A program made the translations under genes and the position numbers. Below are positions 62,119 through 64,000 of a stretch of 64,000 bases of DNA, piece by piece. A model generated the notes under the pieces. The model was not told where the DNA came from. It made no database searches and saw nothing but the letters and a program-made list of their open reading frames with translations. The stretch is from Trypethelium eluteriae (Eukaryota), in the NCBI GenBank assembly GCA_051942245.1, contig JAVECL010000039.1, positions 1-64,000 of the forward strand, written 5' to 3'. Numbering within the stretch: position 1 is the first letter of the stretch; the number at the start of each line of letters is the position of its first letter.

Positions 62119-62644
62119 TGCGGGAGGCGAAGTTTTGACGAATGTGGGTTTAAGGGTGTGGCTTGCCTTGGATGTCCCGGATCCGGAGTTCTGGAGTTCA
62201 GAAGTGGCGCAGCAATTGGGGACAAAAAGTTGGCTTTGGCAGTTGGCACCAGCCCGACTTTGGCATCACTCCAGACATGCCGCAGCTCACCTCCGAACAA
62301 CACGCATTTTGACGTGCCCGTGATTGCTACGGCCTTGGGCGCTATGCGGTAACGCTCGTTCTCTGAATCAATACCTACTAACTTCTAATTGCATCCTCTT
62401 TCTGTTGTGTTCTTGCATTGACGCCCTCCGGACTTGTGAAGGGAATCCCCCCACCCGACATTAACCTTACCCGCCACCCATTGCTGCTGTTCTCGCTGCA
62501 GACGCCCGTTTGAAAGAGCTACAATTGCCAACCGGGCGCGCTTTCTGCTCACGAACCGCCAATCTCTACGCTCACTTTGTCTTCCGCAACATTTCTTTCT
62601 CTTTCCACGAGACTCTCGCGTAGTCACGGGTACAAGCTTCGATC

Positions 62645-63707
62645 ATGTCGTGTAAGATGTTCAACGCTTTTATACTACCCAGTGTAGTCGCTAACCATTT
62701 CAAAGTGTCGTCCGAGGCGAAAGCATCCTACACAGGCATCATCGATAAAATCCTTGCCGCCGCTGATCTCACCACCATTACGGCCAAGACTGTTCGCAAG
62801 GGTTTGCAAGCCAAAGTGAATGAGGATCTTGGCTCGCTCAAAGTATACATGTCCCTTCATGCTGTCATATAGCACTAAGGAGTGACTCGTCTTTATAGGG
62901 ACCCATCAATGATCTCATCATTGAGCGTTTCGACAAGGCCAACGCTGCACGGACAGCCGCTGCCAATGCAGAACCTACCCCCACTGAGCGCGAAACGAAC
63001 GGTGCAAAGAGCAATGGCACCTCCAATCACGCCGGCGCGACGTCCTCATCCTCTCCACAAAAGCGCCCCGCCACTGAGGAGCCTCAAGACGAGTCCGAAC
63101 TCTCCGAACCCGCTGAAGACACCCCGCCTCCGAAGAAGAAGAACAAGAAGCAGCGCGACTCCCTAGATGACGATGCCGCTTTTGCTGCTCGTCTTCAGGC
63201 CGAGGAGAATAGCCGCGCTCGGCCAACAAGGGGGGGTAGCCAGAAGAAGCGGGTGGTCGCTAAACCGAAGAAGGACAAGAAGTCGCCTAAGAAGAAGAGC
63301 TCCGCGAAGGTTAAAGACGACGACGACAGCGACCTAGACTCTGGTACTGGCGGCGAGAAGAAGGAGAAAAAGCGTAACGGAGCCTTTCACGTGAGTCTTA
63401 CCCACATCCCCACACGGACCATCATCAGGTCCCTTTGTGGACCGAGCAGCTGACCGAACTCTATAAGAAACCCATGAACCTCTCTACGCCCCTCGCCTCA
63501 CTCGTAGGTGAAACTGTTCTTTCACGCCCGCAGACGGTCAAGAAGATCTGGGAATATGTCAAGGAACGGGATCTGCAAGATCCGAACGACAAGCGCCAAA
63601 TACGCTGCGATGATGCGATGCGCGCCGTCTTCAAGCAGGATCGTGTGCATATGTTCACCATGAACAAGATCCTCGCTTCTCAGCTCTACCCTGTGGATGA
63701 AGACTAG
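62645..63707 (+). CDS. DEK_C + SWIB/MDM2-domain protein (Tri1/Uaf30-like), 4 exons with a 7-nt first coding exon
   Basis: YTGIIDKILAAADLTTITAKTVRKGL (DEK_C); DDDAAFAARLQAEEN; SRPQTVKKIWEYVKERDLQDPNDKRQIRCD (SWIB). Confidence 0.92.
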
Positions 63708-64000
63708 AACCAATTTCACGCCATACGTATCCAGGGCATACGGTTCAGACGCGTATTTTGATGCGTTTGTGGCTTTTTTTTTACGAGGACCAACGACCTC
63801 ATGAAGGTATCCTGGAGGCTACCTATCCAGCCAAGCATTTTGGTCATTCAGTGATTTTTGACCTGTCATTAGCGGGGGCGTTAAGCTTGGCCCTTTTACT
63901 CTGCAACGTGTTTCCGGCTCATGAATGTATCATGTCAATAGGGGGCACGGCTGGTTGCTTTGATTCTTCATCACTACGGCATTTGAGCACGATATCGGCT

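Overview
Gene-dense eukaryotic DNA from a filamentous ascomycete (Pezizomycotina-type short GT-AG introns with CTRAY branch points). It carries about 21 recognisable, mostly housekeeping genes. In order: a UBX/TUG Cdc48 cofactor (cut by the left edge), Trx-PITH txl1, M1 aminopeptidase, atg1, an MFS transporter, a GH47 mannosidase homolog, rpl38, a LovD/beta-lactamase-family esterase, nxt1, mitochondrial MetRS, a 14-3-3, a DUF1640 protein, a WW-PhoD protein, a Git1-like permease, a P450, a SERCA-type Ca-ATPase, a CE1 acetylxylan esterase, a QIP/Gfd2-like RNase H-fold protein, eIF3b and a DEK_C-SWIB protein. Two small multi-exon genes absent from the ORF track were assembled by hand. The most notable observations: (1) an intact Mns1-like GH47 gene in which most catalytic and Ca-binding residues are replaced, i.e. 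a probable pseudoenzyme; (2) a DEDDh-family nuclease homolog that has also lost its catalytic residues; (3) a ~700 bp non-coding insertion with a 9-11 bp target-site duplication (MULE-like); (4) a WW+PPxY+PhoD protein divergent from a Git1-like permease that has a Pho4-type site; (5) an orphan 408-aa ORF whose acidic tail lies behind an in-frame stop. No rRNA, tRNA or CRISPR was found. Family assignments come from motif recognition by eye, not database searches.
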